From a virus (Duplodnaviria; Caudoviricetes), in IMG/VR virus record IMGVR_UViG_3300030433_003509, positions 1 to 35,988 of that record: 35,988 nucleotides of DNA. One strand, 5' to 3'. This document shows, piece after piece, positions 24,419 to 33,423 of the stretch. Each line of letters opens with the position of its first letter. The first letter of the stretch is position 1. Made by a program: the position numbers and the translations under genes. The notes below the pieces were generated by a model. It did no database searches, had not been told where the DNA came from, and worked only from the letters and a program-made list of their open reading frames with translations.

Positions 24419-25762
24419 TCATTCCTTTTCGCGCCTTTCGAAGACGAGGCAATGCTCGGCGAGATGCATACCGCCGCCATGCTGAGAGCTGTTCCGCATC
24501 GAACGCATAACCCCCTGTTCAACGAGACTGAAGCCTAGTTCATTCACGCATTGCTCGAGTATTCCCGCCACGTCGACGATGATACCGGCATATTGGCTAT
24601 TGCCGATCGCTACAACGGCCTTGCCACCCACTGGCAATATGCGTCGCAATTCGCTGAAGATTGCGGCGAGATCGGCGAAGTACTGACCTATCATTCCCGG
24701 GATGTTCACGTTCCAAAGATCGGCGCGGGCCTCTTCGAGTCTGGCGAGTGTCTCCGAAAGGATCGCACTGTGGGGCACCGAGGACGAAGCGGCCCATTTG
24801 ACTTGAACATGCGAGCGTAGGGTGTTCTGCCTCAGTGTGCGGTTGTCCTCGCCCGATGATAGATAATCGAGCATCCAGAGTTCAAGATTGTACACATCGG
24901 TGTAGTCGAAGCTGTTGGGATAGGGCGGCGAGAAGATGGCAAGATCCGCAGTCTTCACCTTGCGCAGCATAGTCCGGCAGTCCCCGCGCAGTACCTTCTG
25001 CTCTCCACATTTTGGAGACGAGAACAAGGAAATATCCTCGATGGCGGTGTCCACCGCCGCGTCAAGCGCTTGGATTAGTTGGGCGGCGGTTCTCTCACGT
25101 TCCTGCCAGTTCCGACGATAGCGCCTGCCCTTCCCATTCACAACGACGTTGCTGTTGCTCACCAAGGTCGACCCGAGGAGAACCTTCAGCAGCCTTCCGT
25201 GCGCCGGAGCCATTCGCGGGATTTCTCTGACGATTGCCCGGACCGTACCGAATACTTCAGTGCTGAAAACGTGACGACCGTTCACCCCTGGGGGTGCGAA
25301 TGTGGCCGGCATGCCTGGCCCCAAGACGGTGTCCTCCTCCCGTACCTCGAGGGTACGCAGCAGGTCTTCGTAGTCGCCGAGGAAGGCTGAGCTCGAGACG
25401 GGTTCGATCTTTGCTTCGATCAGGTCGGCGAGGAACGGATTAACCTCAATGCTGGTCGACGAGAGGCCGAGCATGCGACACGTCAGCGCGGTCGTTCCGC
25501 TCCCTCCAAACGGGTCGAGGCAATGCTCCACGGGGCCGTCCAGCGACGCTAGGGTGTCGATGACAAATTTTGGGGAGAACGCCTCCTTGAAGCGGAACCA
25601 CCGTTGGAAAGGCACCTCGGTTGTTCCCTGGTTCGACGAGGTGGGCACGCCTTCCCGGTAGCGCGACAGCCAGTTCGCCGGATCGAGAACCGCGGTGCGT
25701 TTTCCGACTGTTCGGCTCGTTGCCACTGTTTCGGCGAGTGAGGCCGCCCAGAACGCATTCAT
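24419..25762 (-). CDS. Site-specific amino DNA methyltransferase (SPPY, probable m4C)
   Basis: Motif I LDPFGGSGTT precedes motif IV FSPPYPN, with a long intervening region (alpha-type order). Confidence 0.9.
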   Translation of the reverse strand: MNAFWAASLAETVATSRTVGKRTAVLDPANWLSRYREGVPTSSNQGTTEVPFQRWFRFKEAFSPKFVIDTLASLDGPVEHCLDPFGGSGTTALTCRMLGLSSTSIEVNPFLADLIEAKIEPVSSSAFLGDYEDLLRTLEVREEDTVLGPGMPATFAPPGVNGRHVFSTEVFGTVRAIVREIPRMAPAHGRLLKVLLGSTLVSNSNVVVNGKGRRYRRNWQERERTAAQLIQALDAAVDTAIEDISLFSSPKCGEQKVLRGDCRTMLRKVKTADLAIFSPPYPNSFDYTDVYNLELWMLDYLSSGEDNRTLRQNTLRSHVQVKWAASSSVPHSAILSETLARLEEARADLWNVNIPGMIGQYFADLAAIFSELRRILPVGGKAVVAIGNSQYAGIIVDVAGILEQCVNELGFSLVEQGVMRSMRNSSQHGGGMHLAEHCLVFERREKE

Positions 25763-26472
25763 CCTGCATTCTCCCTGCGCGAGTTCGCAATACGATCCAT
25801 TAGTGAGCGGTCGATTTCTTCCATCTCTAAGAGGGCGGCCATGATCGCATTACGTTCGAGGTGCGGCATGCTCGCAAGGCGATCGCGCCAGCGCGTGATT
25901 TTGCGCCTAATCCGTTCCCTCTCGCGATAAGTTGCTCCCACGTTTTTGTAGTCGTGGAGCGCAGCCCCGAACACGAAGTTCGCCCAGACCCGCTCCTCTC
26001 TGACTCCACCGTGGGTGACGTTGGGGAAATCGCGGTGATTCCATCGACCGAGATACGCCTCATAGAGGCTCGACGGATAGCCCGAAATCATAATGTAGCA
26101 GGGCAGTTCGCAGATTGTCTCGAGGAGCTCCCCGTGATCCTCGTCGGTATATTCGTGGCGGTAGTATCGGCGACCCTTCTTTGTGGAGGATAAGTAGGGG
26201 GGGTCTACATAGACCAGTTCCCCGCCTTGGAAGTTGAAAGAGTTGAGGAAACGCACTGCGTCCTGCTCGACAAGCTGGAGGTCCGACATTCCCCAGCCTC
26301 GTGCGGCCTCGATGACCAGTGGGTCCACGTCGACGCCAATGTTCCTAGTCGCGGGGCGTTTGTTGCGCATAATCGCGCCGCCGCCGAGGTGGGTCTCGAT
26401 GTAGACGCTGTGTGGGGGCATCAATGCGGTGATGTTTTGCCACATTCTGCCCTTTCCCCCCGGATATCCCAT
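25759..26472 (-). CDS. Compact Dam/D12-class DNA adenine methyltransferase
   Basis: GYPGGKG, YIETHLGGGA, YVDPPY; helical C-terminal extension; ATGA-coupled to the next MTase; start 26472 or 26484. Confidence 0.88.
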   Translation of the reverse strand: MGYPGGKGRMWQNITALMPPHSVYIETHLGGGAIMRNKRPATRNIGVDVDPLVIEAARGWGMSDLQLVEQDAVRFLNSFNFQGGELVYVDPPYLSSTKKGRRYYRHEYTDEDHGELLETICELPCYIMISGYPSSLYEAYLGRWNHRDFPNVTHGGVREERVWANFVFGAALHDYKNVGATYRERERIRRKITRWRDRLASMPHLERNAIMAALLEMEEIDRSLMDRIANSRRENAG

Positions 26473-26481
26473 GACACCAAC

Positions 26482-26508
26482 CATCGTCAAAAATGACGAT
26501 GCAGTCAA
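26482..26508 (-). promoter_or_regulatory. Putative promoter with a perfect 8-4-8 operator palindrome upstream of the MTase operon
   Basis: TTGACT (26508-26503) followed by CATCGTCA-TTTT-TGACGATG filling the -35/-10 spacer, about 10 bp before the ATG. Confidence 0.5.
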
Positions 26509-26673
26509 GACGAACCTTCGCAAGTCTCGCACGACTGGCGGCTTTCCCTCATCATTGATTCAAACCGGACAGGCGAAGAGACGGCCCAATAGGGTACGAG
26601 GCAAACGCTCCAATCGTACTCGTGCGTCCCGGTGCCCGAGTTCATTTGATTGGTGGTTAGCGCTGTAAGTTGA

Positions 26674-27159
26674 TCATCGTTGCTTAGCGAAGAGGTCCGC
26701 TGCGGCATCCAGCGCAAGCTGGTCGTCGCCCTCGCCGAAGCCCAGTAACCGCCGTTGCGGGTAGCGGGTGTAGATCTTCTTTCCATCGGGTCCGCGCCCG
26801 ACAAAGCCGCGCTTGCCGAAATGATGGACCAGCGCAACGCCGTCGCCCTTCTTGAGCGTGATTTCCACGCTGTCAGACCGCGCGCGGATCGCCCACTGCC
26901 GGGCGTAGCGCAGCTTGCGGAACATCTTGCCGCCTGCCTTCTTCCTCACCCGACCTCGCCGGTCGAGCCGGGCCTTCCGCTCTTCCATCTTGCCGCCGTC
27001 GGGTTCGACATTGGCGGTGATGCGCGCGAGGTTCGAACGGCGCAGGGCCTGACCGAGCTTGGTCGCTGCACGCTTTCGCTTGGCGGGTGAGAGCCCGGCG
27101 AGGATGTCGCCCAGCCACGGATCGAGCCCGGCGAGCGCGTCGGAATCGTAGTCAGACAT
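26674..27159 (-). CDS. S: Tail completion / virion morphogenesis protein (gpS)
   Basis: LRRSNLARITANVEPDG, MFRKL, ALVHHFG, YPQRRLLGF. Confidence 0.92.
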   Translation of the reverse strand: MSDYDSDALAGLDPWLGDILAGLSPAKRKRAATKLGQALRRSNLARITANVEPDGGKMEERKARLDRRGRVRKKAGGKMFRKLRYARQWAIRARSDSVEITLKKGDGVALVHHFGKRGFVGRGPDGKKIYTRYPQRRLLGFGEGDDQLALDAAADLFAKQR

Positions 27160-27634
27160 CGTCCGCGATGATCGCATCGATCCCTTTCAGGGGAGGTGTC
27201 CCGGCATTCCCGCCGACCGGGCCATCGTCGACGAAAAGCGGGTCGGGTTCCTCCAGATATTCGACCGCCCAGCTTTCATCGTCGTTCTGCGCGATCGACA
27301 CGCCTTCGGTCAGCTCGACGGTGAAAAGGATGTCGGCGGTGCCGTTGTCGAGAATCTCGGTCTCAAACTTGTAGGTCTCGTCCGCGCCGCCCGCCAGCAG
27401 ATCGGGTTGGTGCCGGCGCAGCCAGCGATTGATGGCATGGCTGACGATCGCGATGTCGGTCGAGACTTCGCGCAGCAGGATCGACAGCGGATATTTGAAC
27501 GCGAAGGAATGGGTCGCGGTCTGGCGCGCGCGCACCGCGCCATCTTCGATCCAGATAGCGAGCCGAGTGGGATCGTTCCGGATTTCGGGCAGGGCGGCGG
27601 TGAGTGCGGTGCGGAGGCTGGTGGGCTTCTTCAT
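27152..27634 (-). CDS. R: Tail terminator (gpR)
   Basis: MKKPTSLRTAL...WLRRHQPDLL...DILFTVELTE. Confidence 0.92.
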   Translation of the reverse strand: MKKPTSLRTALTAALPEIRNDPTRLAIWIEDGAVRARQTATHSFAFKYPLSILLREVSTDIAIVSHAINRWLRRHQPDLLAGGADETYKFETEILDNGTADILFTVELTEGVSIAQNDDESWAVEYLEEPDPLFVDDGPVGGNAGTPPLKGIDAIIADDV

Positions 27635-27641
27635 GGCGCGC

Positions 27642-27857
27642 TCAATCCCACAGGCTCACGACCGCCCGGCGGGGGGGCGTCGCGGCGAGCTGCACCGCAC
27701 CGGTCAAATCGACCTGCGTTCCGCCCGGCAGCTGCGGGCCGAGATCGGCAAGGTCGGGGTTGTCGTCATAGGCGCGCTCGGTCAGTGCGGCGGTGCGCCC
27801 GAGCACGCGCCAGACCAGCGCGTCGAGCGTCTCCCCGTCCTGGGCGGTCACGATCAC
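27642..27857 (-). CDS. X: Tail protein X (LysM-like)
   Basis: AQDGETLDALVWR...NPDLADLGPQLPGGTQV...VSLWD; GTG start. Confidence 0.92.
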   Translation of the reverse strand: MIVTAQDGETLDALVWRVLGRTAALTERAYDDNPDLADLGPQLPGGTQVDLTGAVQLAATPPRRAVVSLWD

Positions 27858-28360
27858 AGCAGGTCCACCCGGTTGCGTCCGAGGTCGACCGCACCATCGG
27901 GGCGTGGGCCGATCGCGAGCAGGTCGGCGACCGCTTCGTAGGCCTTGCGGCGATAGACGTCCGCGGTGTTGCGCTTCTCGTCTTCTCGATCGAGCGCGTC
28001 GTCGGTTGCGGCGACATCTGTATGCCCGTCGAGCAGTTCCGCTGCCGCATAGAACATCACGATGCGGCCCCACAGCAGCTCGGCAAGGTTCAGCCCGGCG
28101 ATGGTTTCTGCGGTGACGGCCGCCAGTGTGGCATTGCCGGCCGCCAGATGGCCTGCGCGCCACTGCGAAAGCGCATCCCGCCCGGCGAGAATGCCCGCGA
28201 TGGTCGCCTCGCGAAGCCGGGCTGGGGTCACCGACCCGTCGCCGATGCGGATCTTCGCCGCGATGGCTGCCGTATCGACCGGCGGGAACCACCCCCCGGC
28301 ATCGATCATCTCGCCGGCCTGCGGCTCGGCATTATCGGGGGGCGCAGTCAGCCCTGCCAT
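27854..28360 (-). CDS. L: Head completion protein (gpL)
   Basis: WFPPVD....IRIGDGSVTPARLREA...C-terminal VDLL; start MAGLTA. Confidence 0.88.
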   Translation of the reverse strand: MAGLTAPPDNAEPQAGEMIDAGGWFPPVDTAAIAAKIRIGDGSVTPARLREATIAGILAGRDALSQWRAGHLAAGNATLAAVTAETIAGLNLAELLWGRIVMFYAAAELLDGHTDVAATDDALDREDEKRNTADVYRRKAYEAVADLLAIGPRPDGAVDLGRNRVDLL

Positions 28361-28475
28361 GCTCGCCTCTCTATCGGCCCGAGGCACGAAATGGGGGGTG
28401 AGACCGGATGCGATCGGGCGAGGCAGGTGCCGTCCTGATCGAACCGATCGCCCCCCCAGCGCCGTGGGGCGTTCG

Positions 28476-29228
28476 TTAATTCTGTCCGCCGCCGGTATCT
28501 TCGGCGGGCTTCTGAAGCTTGGCGAAGCGACGGTCGAGCTGGTCGATATCTTTCTTCACCCCAACGTTCTCATCCAGCTCAAGGGCACGTCGAAGCTGTG
28601 CCAAGGCTTCATGCAGATAGGCGACTTCGCCACCGGCGGGCGCGCTCTCGGCAGTCGCGTCGAAGGCTTCGGCCTTGGCGCGCCATGCACGCCCGATCGC
28701 CTTGTGCAGCTTCGCCTTGGCGGGATCGGGCATGTCCGCATCGTCGGTGAGTGCCTCGATCCTGGTCAGCAGGGGCAGCTCGACCGTGCCGGGCGTCTTG
28801 TTTTCGATCTCGGCGATGTCTTCGCGCAGGAAGCACGCGACGCTGCGCTTGTAGCGATCCGGCATGGACATGCCGTGGCGCAGCGCGAATTCGCCGATGC
28901 GCACGGCCTGCTGGAAATCGCCGGTGTCGATCGCCCAGACGAGCGAGGTCATCACGATCTCGTCTTCGACCGGCTGATCGGCCTCGATCACGCCATCGAC
29001 CCACCCGGCGTAGTCCTTCGCGAACTGCGCCTTCATCGGCACGCGCTTTTCGTGGCTTTCGACGTCCTGCAGCTGGCGCAGCTGATCGTGCAGCCGGACC
29101 TTGAGCCCCGCGTATTCCTGCCCGGCCTCGCTCTTTTCGTCGATCGGTGTGGGCTTGCGCGCGGTGTTCGCCTGCCCGGCTTGGGCGGCCAGCTTGCGCT
29201 GGCGGTTGCGGAGAAAGGGGCTGGTCAT
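28476..29228 (-). CDS. M: Terminase endonuclease (small) subunit (gpM)
   Basis: MTSPF, VWAIDTGD, DMPDPAKAKLHKAIG, GVKKDI. Confidence 0.93.
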   Translation of the reverse strand: MTSPFLRNRQRKLAAQAGQANTARKPTPIDEKSEAGQEYAGLKVRLHDQLRQLQDVESHEKRVPMKAQFAKDYAGWVDGVIEADQPVEDEIVMTSLVWAIDTGDFQQAVRIGEFALRHGMSMPDRYKRSVACFLREDIAEIENKTPGTVELPLLTRIEALTDDADMPDPAKAKLHKAIGRAWRAKAEAFDATAESAPAGGEVAYLHEALAQLRRALELDENVGVKKDIDQLDRRFAKLQKPAEDTGGGQN

Positions 29229-29275
29229 GTGCGGGGCTCCGGATTGCGGGTTACGGGCGCGGGGCGGATGGAGTG

Positions 29276-29300
29276 GGGAGCGCGGCGGGCGCGCTCCCCC
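29276..29300 (-). terminator. GC hairpin after the major capsid gene
   Basis: GGGGAGCGCG-N5-CGCGCTCCCC stem just downstream of the N stop; no U-tract, so possibly an attenuator or stabiliser. Confidence 0.45.
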
Positions 29301-29307
29301 TCATCGG

Positions 29308-30444
29308 TCAGGCAGGATCGGGCCGGGCGGGAGCCGCGCCGATCACGATGTTCTCGACCAGCACGGCGAGCTGGTATTCCTCGACCACGTAGGCCTCGTT
29401 GACCGATTCATAGTTGGCGACCCGGTCGTATTCCGGTTCGTCGACCAGGCGACGGCGGCGGCTGCCCTCCTGCCAGTAGATCGACAGGTTGGAGAGCTTG
29501 GTGATCAGGACCGCGTTTGCGGGGAAGCCGCTGACACGGTAGGCCTGCAGGCCGCCCAGCATCTTGGTCGAGGCGAGGATGCGATCGGTCGCTTCCTGCT
29601 CGGTCGCGGTCGCGCCGGTCTTCTGGGCGATGTTGAAATATTTGTCGTCGAGCAGGTCGTGCCCGACGATCACCACCAGATCGGTATCGCCGCGATGCCG
29701 TTCGTGGATGCCGCGCTTGGCGTCCAGCACCAGCGCGTCGAGCGAGGCGTAATCGGCCCCGGCATCGGTCGCGTTGTCGAGCGATTCGTCGACCAGATCG
29801 ACGTCCGCCTTGACGTAGATCGCTTCGAGCGCCTCGTTATCCGTGCCATCGCTCAGCACGGTCAGTGCGCCGTCCACCATCACCTGCGCGGGCGCATCGG
29901 TGCGGATCTTGTGCAGCCACCCGAGGTTGACGTCCTGCAGCAGCGGGTTGGCATCGCGGTCGGTGTTCGCGGCGGCGCTGGTGCCGTGAAAGCCGATGAT
30001 GATCCGGTCCAGCGCCTGCTGCGCAAGGATGTCGTCACGAACCAGTGTCTGGAAGTTCGGGCGGTGTGCCCAGGCGTCGAGCAGCGCGTAGCGCATCGAC
30101 CAGTCGAAATTGGTCTTCTTGCACAGGTAGCGGTGCTTTTCGTCGGCATTGCCCACGGCCTGCGGATCGCGGCGGGTGCCGTCGCTGGTGTCGGTGCGCC
30201 CGGCGAGCGACTTGGATACGCCGACGCCCAGCACCGCGCCTTCCTGCTCGGTCACCGGGATCACGTTGACCATCTGCAGGAATTCGCTCGAGGCGCGCAG
30301 GCGATCCTCGAGCTTCTGTTCAACGTTCGGGGCGACGTTGAACTTCGACGTGCCGTTGCCGGGGTCGGCGGGGGCGGAGAGGCCGTTGACCAGGGCGATC
30401 TGCGAAACGAAGGCCGCGAACTTCAGGCGGGTGGCGGTTTTCAT
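29308..30444 (-). CDS. N: Major capsid protein (gpN)
   Basis: SSEFLQMVN, LDAWA, ALDRIIIGFHG, NPLLQDVNLGWL, NLSIYWQEG, YESVNEAYVVE. Confidence 0.97.
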   Translation of the reverse strand: MKTATRLKFAAFVSQIALVNGLSAPADPGNGTSKFNVAPNVEQKLEDRLRASSEFLQMVNVIPVTEQEGAVLGVGVSKSLAGRTDTSDGTRRDPQAVGNADEKHRYLCKKTNFDWSMRYALLDAWAHRPNFQTLVRDDILAQQALDRIIIGFHGTSAAANTDRDANPLLQDVNLGWLHKIRTDAPAQVMVDGALTVLSDGTDNEALEAIYVKADVDLVDESLDNATDAGADYASLDALVLDAKRGIHERHRGDTDLVVIVGHDLLDDKYFNIAQKTGATATEQEATDRILASTKMLGGLQAYRVSGFPANAVLITKLSNLSIYWQEGSRRRRLVDEPEYDRVANYESVNEAYVVEEYQLAVLVENIVIGAAPARPDPA

Positions 30445-30509
30445 CGGGAGAGTTCCTTAAGCGAAGCGGATGCGGGGCTTTGCTAGGGATGGTGGCGGGT
30501 TCGGGCGGA

Positions 30510-31349
30510 TCAGCAGTCGGTCAGTTCGTCCGCCTTGCCGGTGGCGGCGGGGCGGGCCTTGAATTCGTGTGCGGGCGTGGTCTCGATCGTCTTGTCGATC
30601 TTGGTCAGCTTGACCGAAAGCTGGTCGATTTCCTCGCGGTAGCGCGCGTCGAGCTTGCCGATCTCGTCGGCACACAGCTGGCCGAGTTCGGTCAGCATCG
30701 GCTTGAGATCGGCGATGGTGAAGGCGGCGGATTCATCCTCGCCCTTCTTCGCGGCAGGCTTTTCGTCGGGCTTGCCCCCGCCGAACTTGCTGAACTTGTC
30801 GTCGAGCATCGCGCCGAAGCGCCGGATGAAGCTTTCGCCCGACTTGCCCGGTTCGGTGCTGGCGTCGGCGAATTCGAGCAGCGCCGCTTCGTCGCGCGAC
30901 AGCGTCATCGCATCGGGCAGGCTGCGGTTGAACTTCAACCGCTCGGTCGCGATCGCCGCCGGGCTGTCGGTCAGCGCGACGCCCATCAGGTAGCAGAAGC
31001 CCTTGCCGCCGAAGTTCGGGTGAATCTCGATCGACGGGTAGAGCTTCTGCCCCGCATCGTTGAGCTTCTTCGCATCGTCGGTGACATCGAACGCGCCGAA
31101 CAGCGCCTTGCGTTTCTCGGTCTTGCCATTGAAGTTGACGTCGACCTCGCCGGTCGAAAGCTCGAGCACGTCGCCATAGGCGCGGAACGGCCCTTCGGTG
31201 CCAAGGCCCCGGATATGCTCGATATTGAGCCGCGCGCCGTAGGTCTTCGGATCGTAGCTCGACGCCATCTGGTCGATGTCGTTTTCGTCGATCGTGCGCC
31301 CGTCGACGGTGGAACCGGCGGTGGCGAGCAGGAAAGGCTTGGTCTTCAT
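30510..31349 (-). CDS. O: Capsid scaffolding protein/protease (gpO)
   Basis: GSTVDGRTI...MASSYDPKTYGARLNIEH...YLMGVALTDSPA; ends LTDC. Confidence 0.95.
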   Translation of the reverse strand: MKTKPFLLATAGSTVDGRTIDENDIDQMASSYDPKTYGARLNIEHIRGLGTEGPFRAYGDVLELSTGEVDVNFNGKTEKRKALFGAFDVTDDAKKLNDAGQKLYPSIEIHPNFGGKGFCYLMGVALTDSPAAIATERLKFNRSLPDAMTLSRDEAALLEFADASTEPGKSGESFIRRFGAMLDDKFSKFGGGKPDEKPAAKKGEDESAAFTIADLKPMLTELGQLCADEIGKLDARYREEIDQLSVKLTKIDKTIETTPAHEFKARPAATGKADELTDC

Positions 31350-31446
31350 GGCGTGTCGGGCTCCAGGGTCGCTTGCGCCGGGTCGGGCGCGTCTATCCGT
31401 TCGCACTAAGGGCCCCGAAGCCCGCCATCTGGCAACGCCGTGCGTC

Positions 31447-31465
31447 GGTGAAGCCGCGCTTCACC
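31447..31465. promoter_or_regulatory. Late-promoter palindrome, copy C (O/P divergent region)
   Basis: GGTGAAGC-CGC-GCTTCACC, 49 bp upstream of the P ATG. Confidence 0.75.
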
Positions 31466-31513
31466 CGCCGATGCGATAGACCGGAGCAAAGGGGCGGGGT
31501 GCATGGCAGGGCC

Positions 31514-33400
31514 ATGCACTTGCTACCCGCCCATAATGGACAGACCGAGCTGACTGCCGCGTACCTGCAGCGGCAGGCGCGCTCGCTTTACTGGCGCGGG
31601 TGGCCGCTGGCGGAGATCCAGCGCGAGCTCGGCATCGAGAAATACCAGACGCTCGCCAGCTGGAAACGGCGCGGCAAGTGGGACGATGCGAACCCGCGCC
31701 AGATCATCGAAGACCGGATCGAGGCGAAGATCGCCAGCTATCTGGATCGCGACGACTTCAACGAAGGGCACATGAAGCGCGTCGATTTCCTGATGCGCAT
31801 GATGGAGCGATCGGCGCGGATCGGGAAATATGAAACCAGCGGGAAGGAAGGCGACCTCAACCCCAAGATCGCCCGGCGGAACGACGATGCGGCGAACGCC
31901 AAGCGCGAGGAGAAGCGCAAGAACGCGCTGACCCGCCAGCACTGGCAGGCGCTGCTCGACGACTTCCACGAGAAGAACTTCGACTATCAGGAGGGATGGT
32001 GGGACCAGCGAACCCAGCGCACCCGCAAGATCCTGAAGAGCCGCCAGATCGGGGCGACCTGGTACTTCGCGCGCGAGGCTGTCGCCAAGATCGCCGAAGC
32101 CGTGCTGGCGGGCGAGCAGCCGCGCAACCAGATTTTCCTGTCCGCGTCCGAACGTCAGGCGCTGAAGTTCCGGCGCGAGATCGTAGGCTGGGTGCGGCGG
32201 GTGACCGGCGTCGACCTGACCGGCAAGATCATCCTGTTCGACTTCGGCAACCTGATCGATGATGCGGGCGAACCGCTCGCTCTGGATCAGGTCGGCCTCT
32301 ACCCGATCTCGACCAACAGCAACACCGCCCAGGGCGAGAGCGGCGACTTCTATTTCGACGAATTCTTCTGGGTCCACGGCTTCGCCCAGCTGCGCAAGGT
32401 CGCCGCCGCGATGGCGACGCACAAGATCTACAAGCGCACCTATTTCTCGACGCCATCGACCAAGACGCACGAAGCCTACGCCTTCTGGTCGGGCGAGGAA
32501 TGGAACGCGGGCAAGTCGAAGGCGAGGCAGCGCGCCTTCGACACCAGCCACAAGCACCTGAAGACCGGCGCGATCATGCCCGATGGCAGCTGGTGCCAGG
32601 TCGTCACGCTGGAAGACGCGATCGCGGGCGGGCTCGGCGCGCTGGTCGATATCGAAGAGCTGCGCGCGGAAGCGAGCGAAGATGAGTTCCGCAACCTCTA
32701 CGAATGCGAATTCGTCGACGATACGGCCAGCAGCTTCCCTTGGGCGCGGCTCGCCCCGGCTCGGGTCGATACGTTCTTCAAGTGGCGCGATTTCCAGCCA
32801 GCGCTGCTCGACATTCCGGGCGGGCGCCCCTTCGGCGATTCACCGGTGTGGATCGGCTACGATCCGAACAAGCAGGGCCGCGACGATGCCGCGCTGGCGG
32901 TGGTCGCGCCGCCGCTGCAGCCGGGAGTGGGCAAGCTGCGCGTGCTCGACAAGTATCGGCTCAACGACCGCGATTTTCAGGGGCAGGCCGACTTCATTCG
33001 CGAGATCTACGATCGCTACAACGTGACCGACATCGCGATCGATACCACCGGCCACGGGCGCGCGGTGTACGAGTTGGTCAAGCGCTGGTTCCCCACCGTC
33101 CGCTCGATCGAATATTCGGTCGCGACGAAGACTGCGCTGGTGATCAAGGGGCAGACCCTGTTCCGTTCCGGCCGGGTCGAGTTCGACCAGGGTTGGACCG
33201 ACGTCATGCAGGCCTTCATGGCCATCCGCCCGACGACCACCGGCAGTGGGCGCGGTGTGACCTACACCGCAGGCCGCAACGGCCAGATCGGCCATGCCGA
33301 TATCGCCTGGGCGATCCTGCACGCTTTTTCGAACGAACCGCTCGACATCGCCGCCGACGCCGAAGGCATCGGCACGGCGCAGGTGGTGTTTTCCGATTGA
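31514..33400 (+). CDS. P: Terminase ATPase (large) subunit (gpP)
   Basis: LYWRGW HTH, LKSRQIGATWYFARE, YFDEFFW, TYFSTPS, GHADIAWA. Confidence 0.97.
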   Translation: MHLLPAHNGQTELTAAYLQRQARSLYWRGWPLAEIQRELGIEKYQTLASWKRRGKWDDANPRQIIEDRIEAKIASYLDRDDFNEGHMKRVDFLMRMMERSARIGKYETSGKEGDLNPKIARRNDDAANAKREEKRKNALTRQHWQALLDDFHEKNFDYQEGWWDQRTQRTRKILKSRQIGATWYFAREAVAKIAEAVLAGEQPRNQIFLSASERQALKFRREIVGWVRRVTGVDLTGKIILFDFGNLIDDAGEPLALDQVGLYPISTNSNTAQGESGDFYFDEFFWVHGFAQLRKVAAAMATHKIYKRTYFSTPSTKTHEAYAFWSGEEWNAGKSKARQRAFDTSHKHLKTGAIMPDGSWCQVVTLEDAIAGGLGALVDIEELRAEASEDEFRNLYECEFVDDTASSFPWARLAPARVDTFFKWRDFQPALLDIPGGRPFGDSPVWIGYDPNKQGRDDAALAVVAPPLQPGVGKLRVLDKYRLNDRDFQGQADFIREIYDRYNVTDIAIDTTGHGRAVYELVKRWFPTVRSIEYSVATKTALVIKGQTLFRSGRVEFDQGWTDVMQAFMAIRPTTTGSGRGVTYTAGRNGQIGHADIAWAILHAFSNEPLDIAADAEGIGTAQVVFSD

Positions 33401-33423
33401 TCCCGATGGAAGGAACCGACCCG

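Noticed and set aside
10095-30486. Long opposite-strand ORFs (10095..11702, 15645..16859, 21172..22188, 28062..29402, 29101..30486 and others)
   Set aside because: They are antisense shadows of well-supported genes, expected in high-GC DNA, and show no family motifs
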